A stretch of DNA of 64,000 bases from Ylistrum balloti (taxonomy: Eukaryota), in NCBI RefSeq assembly GCF_031769215.1, contig NW_026781979.1, positions 1,178,001 through 1,242,000 on the forward strand, given 5' to 3'. Made by a program: the position numbers and the translations under genes. Within the stretch, counting starts at the first letter, position 1. Each line of letters begins with the position of its first letter. Positions 41,697-55,400 of this stretch are shown in pieces. The notes below the pieces were generated by a model. The model was not told where the DNA came from, ran no database searches, and saw only the letters and a list, made by a program, of their open reading frames with translations.

Positions 41697-44600
41697 ATGG
41701 AAATCTCATTTCAGGGGAAGCGAGCACTCGTGACAGGTGCCGGGAAAGGTAACGCTGTACATTTCGTGACATTTTTTTTTGAAATTTTGAACAAAACTGT
41801 CACAATAAAATGTAAATATAGGATAAGTTTGGCAACTATCACCAGACCCATGTGTAAACATAGTTGTAGCAAACTGGGGTGTAGAATTGCGAATGAACAA
41901 GTTTTACCTCACAGACATACAGCTTGCATCACTTTATATGAGGCCTAAAAAGTCTGAAATCATACGACAGCCGAATACAATGTTTACTTTGCCATCTAGT
42001 AATTGCAATATGATGCAAATAAGACAGCAGATACAAAATTTTACTCTACCGCTCAAAATTACCTTACAAGATCACACACAAACATCCACTGACCTGCAAG
42101 ATCTTATCAACATTACAGAAAAATCCTACACATTCCCATAATACAACACATCAGACATGTCACATGTTAGGACCACAACATATGGAAAACGATTTTTAGA
42201 TCACCAAGCACCAAAAATATGAAATGCCATGCTAGGCCACTTCAGAACAACAAATACACTCACACAAAAACACTCGTAAACAGCTGGTACGGGCCACTCT
42301 GCAGATGCAACACATGTAAACACAGCACACAAAACATCCATAAACAGAATGTCGTGATGTTTTATAAACTGTATTGTGTGTCTTATTTATGAAAATATGC
42401 ATGTCTTTTATTGTTATATGTCTCATAAGAGCTAATGTTTTACTGTTTTAATGCATCAGATTTTAATAAAACTTGAACATTGAGTAGAAGTAAAATTGAT
42501 TACAACAAATTTAAAAACAGCAAATATGATAATAACAACCTTTTTTGGTATATCAAATACTATATATATATATCATAACACTCTAATAATTTGGATCATT
42601 TCTTCTAATTTTTATTCCCTTCTTGTTATGATGTGTGTTATCTTTACAAACAACTCATACTTTAAATTTAATGGTCGATTTGAAAAAAAATCTTTGGCAT
42701 GCTATAACTTTTGTCAAGAAACAACACTTGAAGATCGGTTTATGGATAATCATATTTCTTTAGTAAAATAGTAAATTGAAAATTTGTTGTGTTTGGAAAA
42801 AGGATATGTCTATAAAACAACAAAATATTTCTTAAAATGCACCGTTTCGATTAGATCTTTTCCAATAGATACAAACTCAATATCAATAACTTAGAAATAT
42901 GTTACACCACCGACAAGAGGCATTGAATTAAATCTTTTAACTGTAAATTCAAAACTTGCAGAAATCAAACCTTAGGAAGATTATTTATTGCAGTAATAGA
43001 AAGTATGATATTTTCCCGATCAATGACAGTTGTTCTTTGTCTTAGATGTAGCACCTACAAATGTATATGTAGTATTTTCAAACTAACAGTTAATTGGATT
43101 AACGTTCACCATAATCATAAGGTCACTGGCTGTCTCAGTCTCGGAAGTCTTGGTGTTTAAGTCTGATACCTGATAATCTGTATTAATTGGTTAGGCTCTG
43201 CATTATGGACATTGTAGATGCATTGTAGTTAGATTGGATGCTTTGCTCTTTGTATAGAAGGTCTTGCCTAGATATAGATGAATAAAGTTGTACATACTGT
43301 GCAATGTGGAGTTTGTCATGGTTCTTAAAAAGAACAAGACACAACAGTATATATTTGTAAAGGCTTACCAGACTCACATTTTCTTTGTTGCCACCATACA
43401 GCGTACGGATGTTGCACTGCAGAGCTTCCTGTATAGGTCTCACCACACAAATCCAAAAGACATAATCAGAAGAGATATATTTGATAGTTTGCAAAGAGTC
43501 TAAACTAATTATGGTTCTTTAGTGAACATGCAAATTTATATATAACGTGTATAATGTGCCTATATCTGTCTATTGGTTGATCTGACAAGTTTCTCTGATA
43601 TTTTGTTTGGTTTATTTTGTTTTTGTCGTGAAGGCTGCAATTGAATGCACACCAATGCAGCTCGTGTTGAGAATGATACAATTATTGACATTTTTGTAGA
43701 AACATTTTCGTTTTGTTTCTTTTTGGATGGAACAAGCATTATTCGAGAAAATAGGTACACAACATTAAGGAAAGATGAATTTTCGAAAAACTGACAATAT
43801 ACTTACATGTTGGCACAGCTTCATTGTTTATTTTGATTGTAACAACTAACCTTAAATTAAAACAAAAAAAGACAGATTTAAAAAATACTTGTCGGCACTA
43901 TGTTAATGTTCCTCTGTTGTTATTTGAGTTATTCCCTTTCAACAATTATAAATTTTCATTTGCATCCCTTTTACTGATGATTACATAACACAAAATTCTT
44001 TTTGTTGTTCTCATTAATAACAAAGGCATTGGGCGAGAGATTGCAAAGAAACTAGTGGAATGCGGTGCAGAAACATATGCTCTGAGTAAGACCAAAGAGG
44101 GTCTGGACTCTTTGAAGTCTGAGGTGAGTACTATTAGATTAGTAGCAGTATAACTGTATCACTGTTACAAAAATTGATTATAAAACCTTTAATACATGTA
44201 TGTGTACTTCCCATCTATCATTCTCACGTATCACACTAGTATCCATTAACATTGTCCATTGTCAATAAAGAAGCTCCTATTCCAAAATTTGCTTGGAATA
44301 TGCACACGAGATTCCAATATTTCACTTGCAAACAAGGCTTTAATTTCTTGTGAGCATGTTTCTTCTATGAGAAAATTAATGCCCACAAGAGCAGAAAAAG
44401 GGCATGTACAATATACCAGTTTAAGCTGATGTGTGAAATAAAACTCACATGACAGGAAGATCAAATTCTTTCCCAGTGTTCCCAGAAATCCCCAAATGAG
44501 GGCCCACAAATAATCGCACATGAGCATTAAGGTGAGCAAGTTCTTCACTAACACAAACTAACTTGCTGCTTATGTGGAAAAGTTAATTTGCATATATTTC

Positions 44601-47600
44601 TAGCTTACTTATCATGTGCTGATAATATGCTGCTCATGTGCAGAAGTTAGACATTTTTGTGTGGTCAACCAAGTCAGTTATTTTGTTTTGGTATAATAGC
44701 AGGAGTTTAATTTTGAATCAATGATTAATTTAATTTGAAATTATTCTTCTACTTTATTTAGCACAATGAACTTCCTTTTTTATTAAACAGTGAGTCAGCC
44801 CACAGGGACAAACTTTGCTATATATTCCAAATTCCCTGGTCCACATACATACATTGTATGTATGATACAGAATCCATAATGTACATGAGATCAGATTATG
44901 GAGTGACAGGTTGGAAATTTGTGCCCAATGATTCTACAGGATTATAAGTAAACCATTACATTTTGCTGCGACATATCTAGTGTATTTGACATGAGAACCA
45001 ATGTTGTAGTTGGTCTGCAGAAAATGACAATGAACACTGACAGAAGATTTCAAACTCAAAATTTTTGTTATGTGCACTATTTAGTGAAATTGCTAGACTG
45101 CTAGATCTCTTGTTAATTTCAATTCTTATTCAGAATACCTAATTTTTAAAAAGTTTCTAGCATTTATATGTGAAAACATTAACTATGTGTTAGATACAAT
45201 TGAATATAAGCTAATACACTGCCATTAATTATAGAATAACACAGCTAATCACAGTAGTCCTAGGATAATTATGATGTCAAAATGTGATGTATCCATAATG
45301 TTTCAGTGTTTACCTAACTTTAACCTTCTTGAGCCGCAAAATTGTACTTCCATACTGCTATTTGAAATGACTGGAGTGTTGGTTCTGTTTTTAGTTTCTA
45401 ATTTTTAAGAAAACACATATGTACAGTTGCAATATTTCCCCAATTGATACAGGTAATCTGAATCAGGAAACAAACACTACATAATTGTAAAGTGTTCTAC
45501 ACTTCCGAAAATAAAACTACATAATAACATTAGTTAATATCATCATACTTTTTTTTGTAGGATTTTTGGATGGGATGTGAAAACCAGTTATATTCAGTTA
45601 TCTTCCCATATCACTAAAACATTCTCAATAGATTGTGGAAGAATCTTTATTGAATTTTGGTATTCTGCCTTCTGATTGATCTCAAAAACATTAGTGTTTC
45701 AAACCATTAACAAGCATTGTCAAGTAAACATGATACAGATATTGTCAGGTCTCTGATGCTTTGAGTCCTGGACTCCCTGCCTTACCTGTGTGTGTCACCC
45801 AAAGTTTAGGGAACCTGTGATATCTTCACATACTGTGATTTACTCATAAAAGTTTTGGAAATGGTATTTTTTACAGGTACCCAGCATGCACATTGTGCAG
45901 GCAGATTTAGCAGATTGGGATGGATCAAGGAAAATCATAGAACAACTTGGTCCCATTGATCTCCTGGTGAACAATGCTGGAGCGGCATGGAATGCACCAT
46001 TCATGGAAGTGAAGAAGGAAGAACTAGATTTGTAAGCTACTGGTTATCATTTCATTCAGATAAATCCTTTGTAAGCTACTGGTTATCATTTCATTCAGAT
46101 AAATCTTGACCATTCATCTAAGCCATGATATAGTGTATAGGATTCATTGTATGTTCATTTGTGACAAGTAAAAAGAGTCCCTTGCATTTGGATGGTATCT
46201 CTTAACTTTATCTTTGTCATCTGAACTTCACAAGAATTGTCTTGATTTATTCATTTTATCTCATCTCAGAGTCATTGTTAATTTTGAAAAATGAAAAGAG
46301 ATGTCAGTTTATTACTGTTCATTGTGCAGAATTTGATAAAAACAAAGTAAATGTTCTAACAACTTGAGGACGAAAGCATTTTGGATTTATTTGATGAGGA
46401 AACATTTAACCAGATGGAAATCATGGAGTCTATATTCTTATCAATAAGGCTGATAAATAACCCCCAACTCCCCGAACTGCTCGTTCTAGCTTTCTGCAGC
46501 AAGGGAGGCCACCCTTGCATGATAGACATGATCAGATTCATCATATTGATTACTCTCAGCTTAAAATATGTTCCATGTCATCATGCATTTATATCCCTTA
46601 GCCTGTATCACTTAATGAATATATTTAGTTTCTTAAATGACTAACACTAACTTTTCACCAATTATATGAGTGGTTGTTAACAAGTTGTACCCCAAAAATT
46701 CTTAACGTACTCTAAATAAAAAACACAAGAGGGTTTAATTCAAGAGTATGCTCTGATTTTCGTGTTACGGATTGACAACATAAAAAAAAAAACCGATCGA
46801 AATAAATCCCTAAAATTCAATCAAAGAGTGCAATAATTTTGACATATATTTAACAGTTTCTTACACCACTGCATTCGCAAATCAAACATGACATTGAAAA
46901 ATGACGTCATTTGTTTTTATGTTAATGGGTGATAATATAAAAATTTTGTTATTCTACGAATAACTCTGTTGGAGGAGGAGGGGAGGGGGTGGTTTAGCCT
47001 TCCGGCCTTGGGACAACAGTCCTAGTTCACTTAGTAATGTTAATATGCCCCTTTGATTGTAATGTTTTATTCTCATTTCAATGATCTGGAAATGTCACGA
47101 GAAAATATAACTGTACTTCTTTATGAATATATTCATTAAAGTACTAATTTGTTTCTCTTTTCAGTACCTTTGACATCAATGTCAAGTCCATAGTGAATGT
47201 GTCACAGGTAAATTTACAGTTATAAATGTTATATGAATCCAAGCACATCTATGATATCTTATGTCTTATCTTGACTGTTTGAATTAGTAACTGTGTACAT
47301 GAATGGACTGTAGGTGGGAAGATATTGTTGCTAGTTCCTTTACATAATTTTTTATCTTCTTTACTTGAAAAGAAGTAAAACAATGGAATTGAATAAAACT
47401 GGTGTAATTGACAATGAAATACTGAAGTTCAAAAATTCATATAAATTAATTTTCTGTATTGCACCTTTGAATAGTCCACCAATTTCTCAGAATTGGTTGA
47501 GTATCTTTCCAATTACACCAAGAGACCTCAAAAGAACCTTCATTTAAAATATCACCCTTTGCTTATTATATCTTTATTGATTCAATAATAAGCTTTCCAA

Positions 47601-50600
47601 GGCGTCACACATCTTGAAAAACCCTTGAATTCAATGTCTTTCTTGAAAACCCTTAAAAATGACTATGAGCCTCAAAAAACCCTTAAAAAGTATCAAAGTT
47701 CTTGAAAAACCCTTAAACTGTAGTAATTTTAAGTGTTCTTACAACTATCATGGACTTTCCTTCAGTGTAAGTTGGTTTTTTGTTAAAGATAATGTGATGA
47801 CTTTTAACACCAGGTTATCTTTTTATAAATTTACTGATTGTTTTCGTAGTTGTGGGTAAATTAAGATAGTTTTTGATCAGATTCACATCATCAATCTCAG
47901 TTAGCACAGTGCTTGTGGTCTATCGAATATGTTGAAGCATTTACAAAAGTATGGGGAAGTGTACCTTCAATCAAAAATGATCGTAAGATCCAAAGTATCG
48001 AAACTTGATCCATGAATTCAAAGGAGATAAACACATTGCAAACAGTTGTTTGTGTAACAAACTAATAGATCTAGGGAGAATATCTTTACCAAGGACAAGA
48101 AATCCATCTCAGGCCAGTGTTAGTGACTTTTTTTCATGAAATGAAATATCAACACAGATCATACAAATCAAATGATGATGTATCATGATTTTTACCAGTT
48201 TTTTTTTTAGAACATTTAAATAGCACAAGAAGTTACGTATGGGAAAGAAAGTCTTCTTTATCTAGCAGTATTTGGCATTTCTGAACATTTCAAGATTGAA
48301 TTGGTTCAGAGGATTAATAGACACTATTCAGTAATGTTTGAGTCATCAAAAAATAAAAAGGTTCACTCAAAGCAAATGGATATTCATGTAAGGATTATAA
48401 AGAAATCACTGTTTCTGAGTCATAGTTTACATGTATAAGAAAGCAATCAAAAGATAAGTCAGAGGAACTGAAGAAGTTGGAAACCAGTATATCAGAGAAG
48501 ATAGAATGTTTGAAACATGTGACTGAAAAAAATGAGGCTGAGCGATATGAGTAAACTCTGCATTAAAGATGAAAATAATACAGATGTTGTTTTATGTTAA
48601 AAATATACACTACACATTGCTCCTGAATTTTATGAAAAATGTTTTGAAAAACCCTTGAAAACCTTTAAATTTTTACTTTCAAAATTTGTATGACATCTGT
48701 TTATTATATTGATGCTTGCCAATGGGGCACCTGGTAAAATGAAGTACTACCACAAAGTCTCTGTATTTCTAACTACATGTAGTTACTTAAGTAATATGAA
48801 TTGAATTATGGTTACAAACTTTCAGAAAATCCTTTATTAACACCATGTAGTTTTTCACACATGAACATTATTTGATACTGGATAGTGTTAATATACAAGA
48901 TACAGTATTTGATATATTATAAAAAAACAATCTGAATGCTTCAGATTTTGCAAAACTTAATGATTTTAGATCTTTCAATGCTTTGTATTTACAGAAGACA
49001 GGAATAGTGAACATTCAATTTATTAGTGATGTATGATCCTATTTCACTCCTTTTGTAGAAATATTACAAACTCTCTATCATATCGTCAGTCATCAGTAAC
49101 ATTCAAAATGATACAGGATTTCATCGGTCTTTCATGTTATTCTTTTCTTATATCATATACATAATGTATCATGTATGTGTGTATATACAGTTGCTACATA
49201 TTTTCAATTCTGTGCAAAAGCAAATGGTACATCTTAAGTCAGTAGTGGCAGCATGGTGTTATGATAAACTTGTCAACAGGTGTGTGCAAAGGGAATGATT
49301 GAAAGAGGACAGGGAGGTTCTATAGTCAACATGTCCAGTATTGCTTCCACAAAGGCTTTACAAGACCATACATGCTACAGTGCCTCAAAAAGTGCTGTTG
49401 ATATGCTCACCAAGACCATGTGTCTGGAACTTGGTCCCCACAAGGTTAGTACATGTATATCTGTGTTGTATGTCATCTGTCACCAAGGTCATGTGTCTGG
49501 AACTTGGTCCCCACAAGGTAAGTACATGTATATCTGTGTTATATGTCATCTTTCACCAAGGTCATGTGTCTTGAACTTGGTTTAGACAATGCTAGTAAAT
49601 CTATGTACATTTAGGGGATAAAATGCTTGTTTTTATGCATATGCTAGAGATTAGATAACAAATTTTGATTTTAACACAAGTTGCAGTTGAGTTTTAAAAC
49701 AACAAAATTCATTAAATGCATAAAACAAGCATACTATCACCTTTTCAAACCAATGAAGTTGTCGATAGTTTCAGTTTAGAATGTCAATCGAGACATATGA
49801 AAAGGTTTGTAAGCATGGATTATCAGTCGAAATTGTTATTTATATTGATTTCTGGTGTACATACCCAAAATTTGTCTGGTCTATCTCAAAATTGTCATGT
49901 CTATCTCAGGATGTTCACCTAAGTAGATCAATAAAACAATGGACAGCGGGGAGAGATTTTAGATTTATGTATTATTTTCTTTAGAATTATCCAGTAAAGG
50001 TATGAGATAGTACCATGTGATATGATTTCACTTCATTGTAATACTACTAACTGAAATTGATCTTCAGATTGAGAATATCGTCTACTGTATGGTACTCAAC
50101 ACTCTGAAATTAGGTCTACCTTCAAACTCAATAGAAGCAGAGAAAAATGAATCAAAATATGTTACAAAGGTTATCATTATTACACTATCTCCTTCACATT
50201 TCAACGACACATTGTTAAATCTTTCCAATATCAATGTCGCTCATCAACCTCAAAGTAAGCCATTACCTACTAAGGTCATGTGTCTCGAATTTTGTCCCCA
50301 TGAGGTAAATAGATCCGTGCAGTTAGTCATCTTTCCCCAAGGTCATGTGTCTTGAATCGGGACCCCACAATGTTTGTAGTCCTGTTAAGTAAATTATCGC
50401 TCACCAAGGCCATGTGTCTAGAACTTGGTCCCACAAGATTAGTAGATTTGTGGCTTTATAGACATTGCTAACCTACGTGATGTGTCTGGAATTTGGTCTC
50501 CATAAGGTATATAGATCTGTTTGTTAGCTTTAGGCATAGCTCACCAAGGATATGTGTCTATAACTTGGCCCCCACTATGAATCTAAAACTTAGACCTTTC

Positions 50601-51971
50601 AAGGTTAGTTGTTCTGTGTATCCTGTCATAGACAGGATCACAATAGTGAAGTTTTTGTCTCTCAACCTTTATAAGATGTTTTATTTATAGACTCCTCAAT
50701 CAGCATTACAATGGATCTATGGTGTAACACTTCAACTATTAGTTAAGGATGAGCATAGTATTTGATTTCATCTATTATTCTGGACTTTCCTGCTGTCCTA
50801 GCATTTTTAATTCCAAACGTTAAATTCCACTTTTCAAGATTGTGTTTGAGAGTAAGTGTCTTTTAGATTTCATATATCATTTAATATGGGCCACAAACAA
50901 AACAGCATTGACAAATTATTGTGATATCATTTCATTTTGTCTGATTTTTAGATAAGAGTGAATTGTGTGAACCCAACTGTTGTGTGGACAGAGATGGGTA
51001 AAAAGGGATGGAGTGATCCAGCTAAATCAGGTCCTCTCTTAGCAAGGATTCCACTAAACAAGTTTGTAGGTAAGTCAACACACATAAACTCTGGATGATT
51101 GAAACTTGACACATTTATTGTAAATGTTTTCAATATTCCTCCAGCTGGTAGTCTATTAGTATTGATCAGCTTTTTCTATACTCTTTGTAAAATTTGAGGG
51201 ATGATTTATGGTATGACATCCATTCCTGGATTGTAAACTTTCATTTTCCAGAGATCTCCCTTCACAGTTTTAAACTGTCTTTACTGATCTCTTCCAATCT
51301 TTGTAGGCATAATCATCATAACATGGAGCTGTTTTTATGAGAAGTACTTTGATTTTACTGTATTACTGAGTTACTGGTCCGTATTGTTTTTATATTGTTA
51401 ATCTTATCCAGAAACCTCCTTCAGTTTTTCAACCCACTTCTATAAAACATAACCTTTTTAACAAGAACATGTTATTGTGATTCCAGAGCATCTCTTTCCA
51501 TTGTAAAGTACAGTTTCTGTGAAACTTTAAGTGCTTGATAAGTTTATAGGCATTTAAGGAATAGCAACTTAACATACAGTGATTTCCACTTCTTAAGAAA
51601 ACATTTAATAAGTTTTCTTACATCTGGTAGAAGTGATCAGAGAAGTTGCTGATGCAAATGCCTGTGGTTGTAAAGATATTAACTGTATTATAGATGCACA
51701 TGACAGACTGGCCCTGAATTGTAGAACAAGTGTCTGGAGTGATAGTATATGAAGTGAAATATTGGTTGGAGATAAAGCTAGTTACAGAATCCAATACACT
51801 TCACTCTGAATACCAGTACCTTGAAGCACACATATTATCATAATTGCTGAAATGTTTTCATTGCCAGAGTTAGAAGATGTTGTGAATGCTACCCTGTTTT
51901 TGCTGAGCGACAAGAGTGCAATGGTCAATGGTACAAGTATGTTATTGGAAGGAGGCCTGTCTTGTAGTTAA
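41697..51971 (+). CDS. DCXR: L-xylulose reductase / dicarbonyl reductase (SDR); exons 41697-41748, 44026-44123, 45877-46031, 47165-47207, 49280-49444, 50952-51069, 51868-51971; 244 aa
   Basis: Motifs [10 protein letters not shown] (Rossmann), LLVNNAG, IVNMSS, YSASK (YxxxK), [26 protein letters not shown] and FLLSDKS. All introns are GT-AG and the CDS totals 735 nt. Length and most exon sizes match human DCXR as recalled. Confidence 0.96.
41950..42480 (+). mobile_element. CR1/L2-like LINE 3' remnant in DCXR intron 1 (boundaries approximate)
   Basis: [34 protein letters not shown] resembles the CR1 ORF2 C-terminus (VRTT.YG..SF...A..LWN.LP...W.G..C.C). An AATAAAACTTGAA tail follows near 42465. 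Confidence 0.6.
46029..46105 (+). repeat. 39-bp-period tandem duplication spanning the DCXR exon 3 splice donor
   Basis: TTTGTAAGCTACTGGTTATCATTTCATTCAGATAAATC occurs at 46029 and 46068. Confidence 0.95.
47598..48699. mobile_element. Degenerate non-autonomous DNA transposon in DCXR intron 4
   Basis: Imperfect terminal inverted repeats (AGGCGTCACACA versus the reverse complement of TGTATGACATCT, 9/12 match). Subterminal GAAAAACCCTTGAA repeats occur at both ends (47615-47720, 48645-48670). Confidence 0.5.
49408..50580 (+). repeat. Eight copies (67-73-bp period, two clusters) of the DCXR exon 5 end plus donor site
   Basis: CACCAAG(A/G)(C/T)CATGTGTCTGGAACTTGGTCCCCACAAGGT-like units start at 49408 (the true exon), 49481, 49554, 50268, 50335, 50402, 50470 and 50542. 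Confidence 0.92.
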
Positions 51972-52477
51972 AATCCCTGCTTCATATCTAATCACCTGCC
52001 AACCGTATTGGAGTGGAAATTTAGTACACAGTATACATGTGTAGTTTGAATTAATTATAATGAAAATTTGATGACTCTAATTGAGAAAATGAAATCATGA
52101 TAGGATTGTGCCATATAAAATATATGAAATTAAATGTGTTGTATGCTAATTACATACAATTTATATATTGTTAGACTATTTTATTTTGCTTTGGTTTATT
52201 CAGCTTTGCAAAGCCATCTTCAAAATCCAAGGGTTCTTTTCTAAATTTTAACTTTTGTGAACCCTTAAAATGCATTGTCAAAATGAAAAACTCATGTTTA
52301 TCTATTTTATAATCCTTGGATCCTGACATCAATCTTTAAAGATAAGGGTTTATTATAGAATCTTACTGTTGGGAATTATTTTACCTGTAATTATACATGG
52401 CTATTCACCCTGTTATAATCATGTATTGCCACAAGGTTGTATGCATCAGAACTTTAAATTTGTTGAGTATGATGTAT

Positions 52478-55400
52478 TACATGGATGTTATGATGATGTG
52501 TGGTAAACAGAGTGCAAGGATGCTAAGATGATATGTGGTACACAGAGTACAAGGATGCTAAGATGACATGTGGTAAACAGTGTACATGGATGCTAAGATG
52601 ACATGTGGTAAACAGTGTACATGGATGCTAAGATGACATGTGGTAAACAGAGTACAAGGATGCTAAGATGATATGTGTTAAACAGAGTACAAGGATGCTC
52701 AGATGATATGTGGTAAACAGTGTACATGGATGCTAAGATGATATGTGTTAAACAGAGTACAAGGATGCTAAGATGATATGTGGTAAACAGTGTACAAGGA
52801 TGCTAAGATGATATGTGGTAAACAGAGTACAAGGATGCTAAGATGATATGTGTTAAACAGAGTACAAGGATGCTAAGATGATATGTGGTAAACAGTGTAC
52901 AAGGATGCTAAGATGATATGTGGTAAACAGAGTACAAGGATGTTAAGATGATGTGTGGTAAACAGAGTACAAGGATGCTAAGATGATATGTGTTAAACAG
53001 AGTACAAGGATGCTAAGATGATATGTGGTAAACAGTGTACAAGGATGCTAAGATGATATGTGTTACACAGAGTACAAGGATGCTAAGATGACATGTGGTA
53101 AACAGAGTGCAAGGATGCTAAGATGACGTGTGGTAAACAGAGTACAAGGATGTTAAGATGATATGTGGTAAACAGAGTACAAGGATGCTAAGATGATATG
53201 TGGTAAACGAGTACAAGGATGCTAAGATGATATGTGGTAAACAAAGTACAAGGATGCTAAGATGATATGTGGTAAACAGAGTACAAGGATGCTAAGATGA
53301 TATGTGGTAAACAGAGTACAAGGATGCTAAGATGATATGTGTTACACAGAGTACAAGGATGTTAAGATGATATGTGTTAAACAGAGTACAAGGATGTTAA
53401 GATGACGTGTGGTAAACAGTGTACAAGGATGTTAAGATGATGTGTGTTAAACAGAGTACAAGGATGCTAAGATGATGTGTGGTACACAGAGTACAAGGAT
53501 GCTAAGATGATATGTGTTACACAGAGTACAAGGATGCTAAGATGATATGTGGTAAACAGAGTACAAGGATGTTAAGATGATATGTGGTAAACAGTGTACA
53601 AGGATGCTAAGATGATATGTGGTAAACAGAGTACAAGGATGCTAAGATGATATGTGGTAAACAGTGTACAAGGATGCTAAGATGATATGTGGTAAACAGA
53701 GTACAAGGATGTTAAGATGATATGTGGTAAACAGAGTACAAGGATGTTAAGATGATATGTGGTAAACAGAGTGCAAGGATGCTAAGATGATATGTGGTAA
53801 ACAGAGTGCAAGGATGCTAAGATGATATGTGGTAAACAGTGTACAAGGATGCTAAGATGATATGTGTTACACAGAGTACAAGGATGTTAAGATGATATGT
53901 GTTAAACAGAGTACAAGGATGTTAAGATGATATGTGGTAAACAGAGTACAAGGATGCTAAGATGATATGTGGTAAACAGTGTACAAGGATGTTAAGATGA
54001 TATGTGGTAAACAGAGTACAAGGATGTTAAGATGATGTGTGGTAAACAGAGTACAAGGATGCTAAGATGATATGTGGTAAACAGTGTACAAGGATGCTAA
54101 GTACAAGGATGTTAAGATGATATGTGGTAAACAGTGTACAAGGATGCTAAGTACAAGGATGTTAAGATGATATGTGGTAAACAGAGTACAAGGATGCTAA
54201 GATGATATGTGGTAAACAGAGTACAAGGATGCTAAGATGATATGTGGTAAACAGAGTACAAGGATGTTAAGATGATGTGTGTTAAACAGTGTACAAGGAT
54301 GTTAAGATGATGTGTGTTAAACAGTGTACAAGGATGTTAAGATGATATGTGGTAAACAGAGTACAAGGATGTTAAGATGATATGTGGTAAACAAAGTACA
54401 AGGATGCTAAGTACAAGGATGTTAAGATGATATGTGGTAAACAGAGTACAAGGATGTTAAGATGATATGTGGTAAACAGAGTGTTAAGATGATATGTGGT
54501 AAACAGAGTACAAGGATGCTAAGATGATGTGTGGTAAACAGTGTACAAGGATGCTAAGATGATATGTGGTAAACAGAGTACAAGGATGCTAAGATGATAT
54601 GTGTTACACAGAGTACAAGGATGTTAAGATGATATGTGGTAAACAGAGTACAAGGATGCTAAGATGATATGTGGTAAACAGAGTACAAGGATGCTAAGAT
54701 GATATGTGGTAAACAGTGTACAAGGATGTTAAGATGATGTGTGTTAAACAGAGTACAAGGATGTTAAGATGACGTGTGTTAAACAGAGTACAAGGATGTT
54801 AAGATGACGTGTGGTAAACAGAGTACAAGGATGCTACAGAGTACAAGGATGTTAAGATGATATGTGTTAAACAGAGTACAAGGATGTTAAGATGATATGT
54901 GGTAAACAGAGTACAAGGATGTTAAGACATGTGTTACAGAGTACAAGGATGCTAAGATGATGTGTGGTAAACAGAGTACAAGGATGTTAAGATGATATGT
55001 GGTAAACAGAGTACAAGGATGTTAAGATGATGTGTGGTAAACAGAGTACAAGGATGCTAAGATGGATGCTAAGATGATATGTGGTAAACAGAGTACAAGG
55101 ATGCTAAGATGACGTGTGGTAAACAGAGTACAAGGATGCTAAGATGATATGTGGTAAACAGAGTACAAGGATGCTAAGATGATATGTGGTAAACAGTGTA
55201 CAAGGATGTTAAGATGATATGTGGTAAACAGAGTACAAGGATGCTAAGATGATGTGTGGTAAACAGTGTACAAGGATGCTAAGATGACGTGTGGTAAACA
55301 GAGTACAAGGATGCTAAGATGATATGTGGTAAACAGAGTACAAGGATGTTAAGATGATATGTGGTAAACAGTGTGCAAGGATGCTAAGATGATGTGTGGT

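Noticed and set aside
46356-46644. Overlapping ORFs in DCXR intron 3
   Set aside because: No homology cues, and the DCXR model is complete without them.
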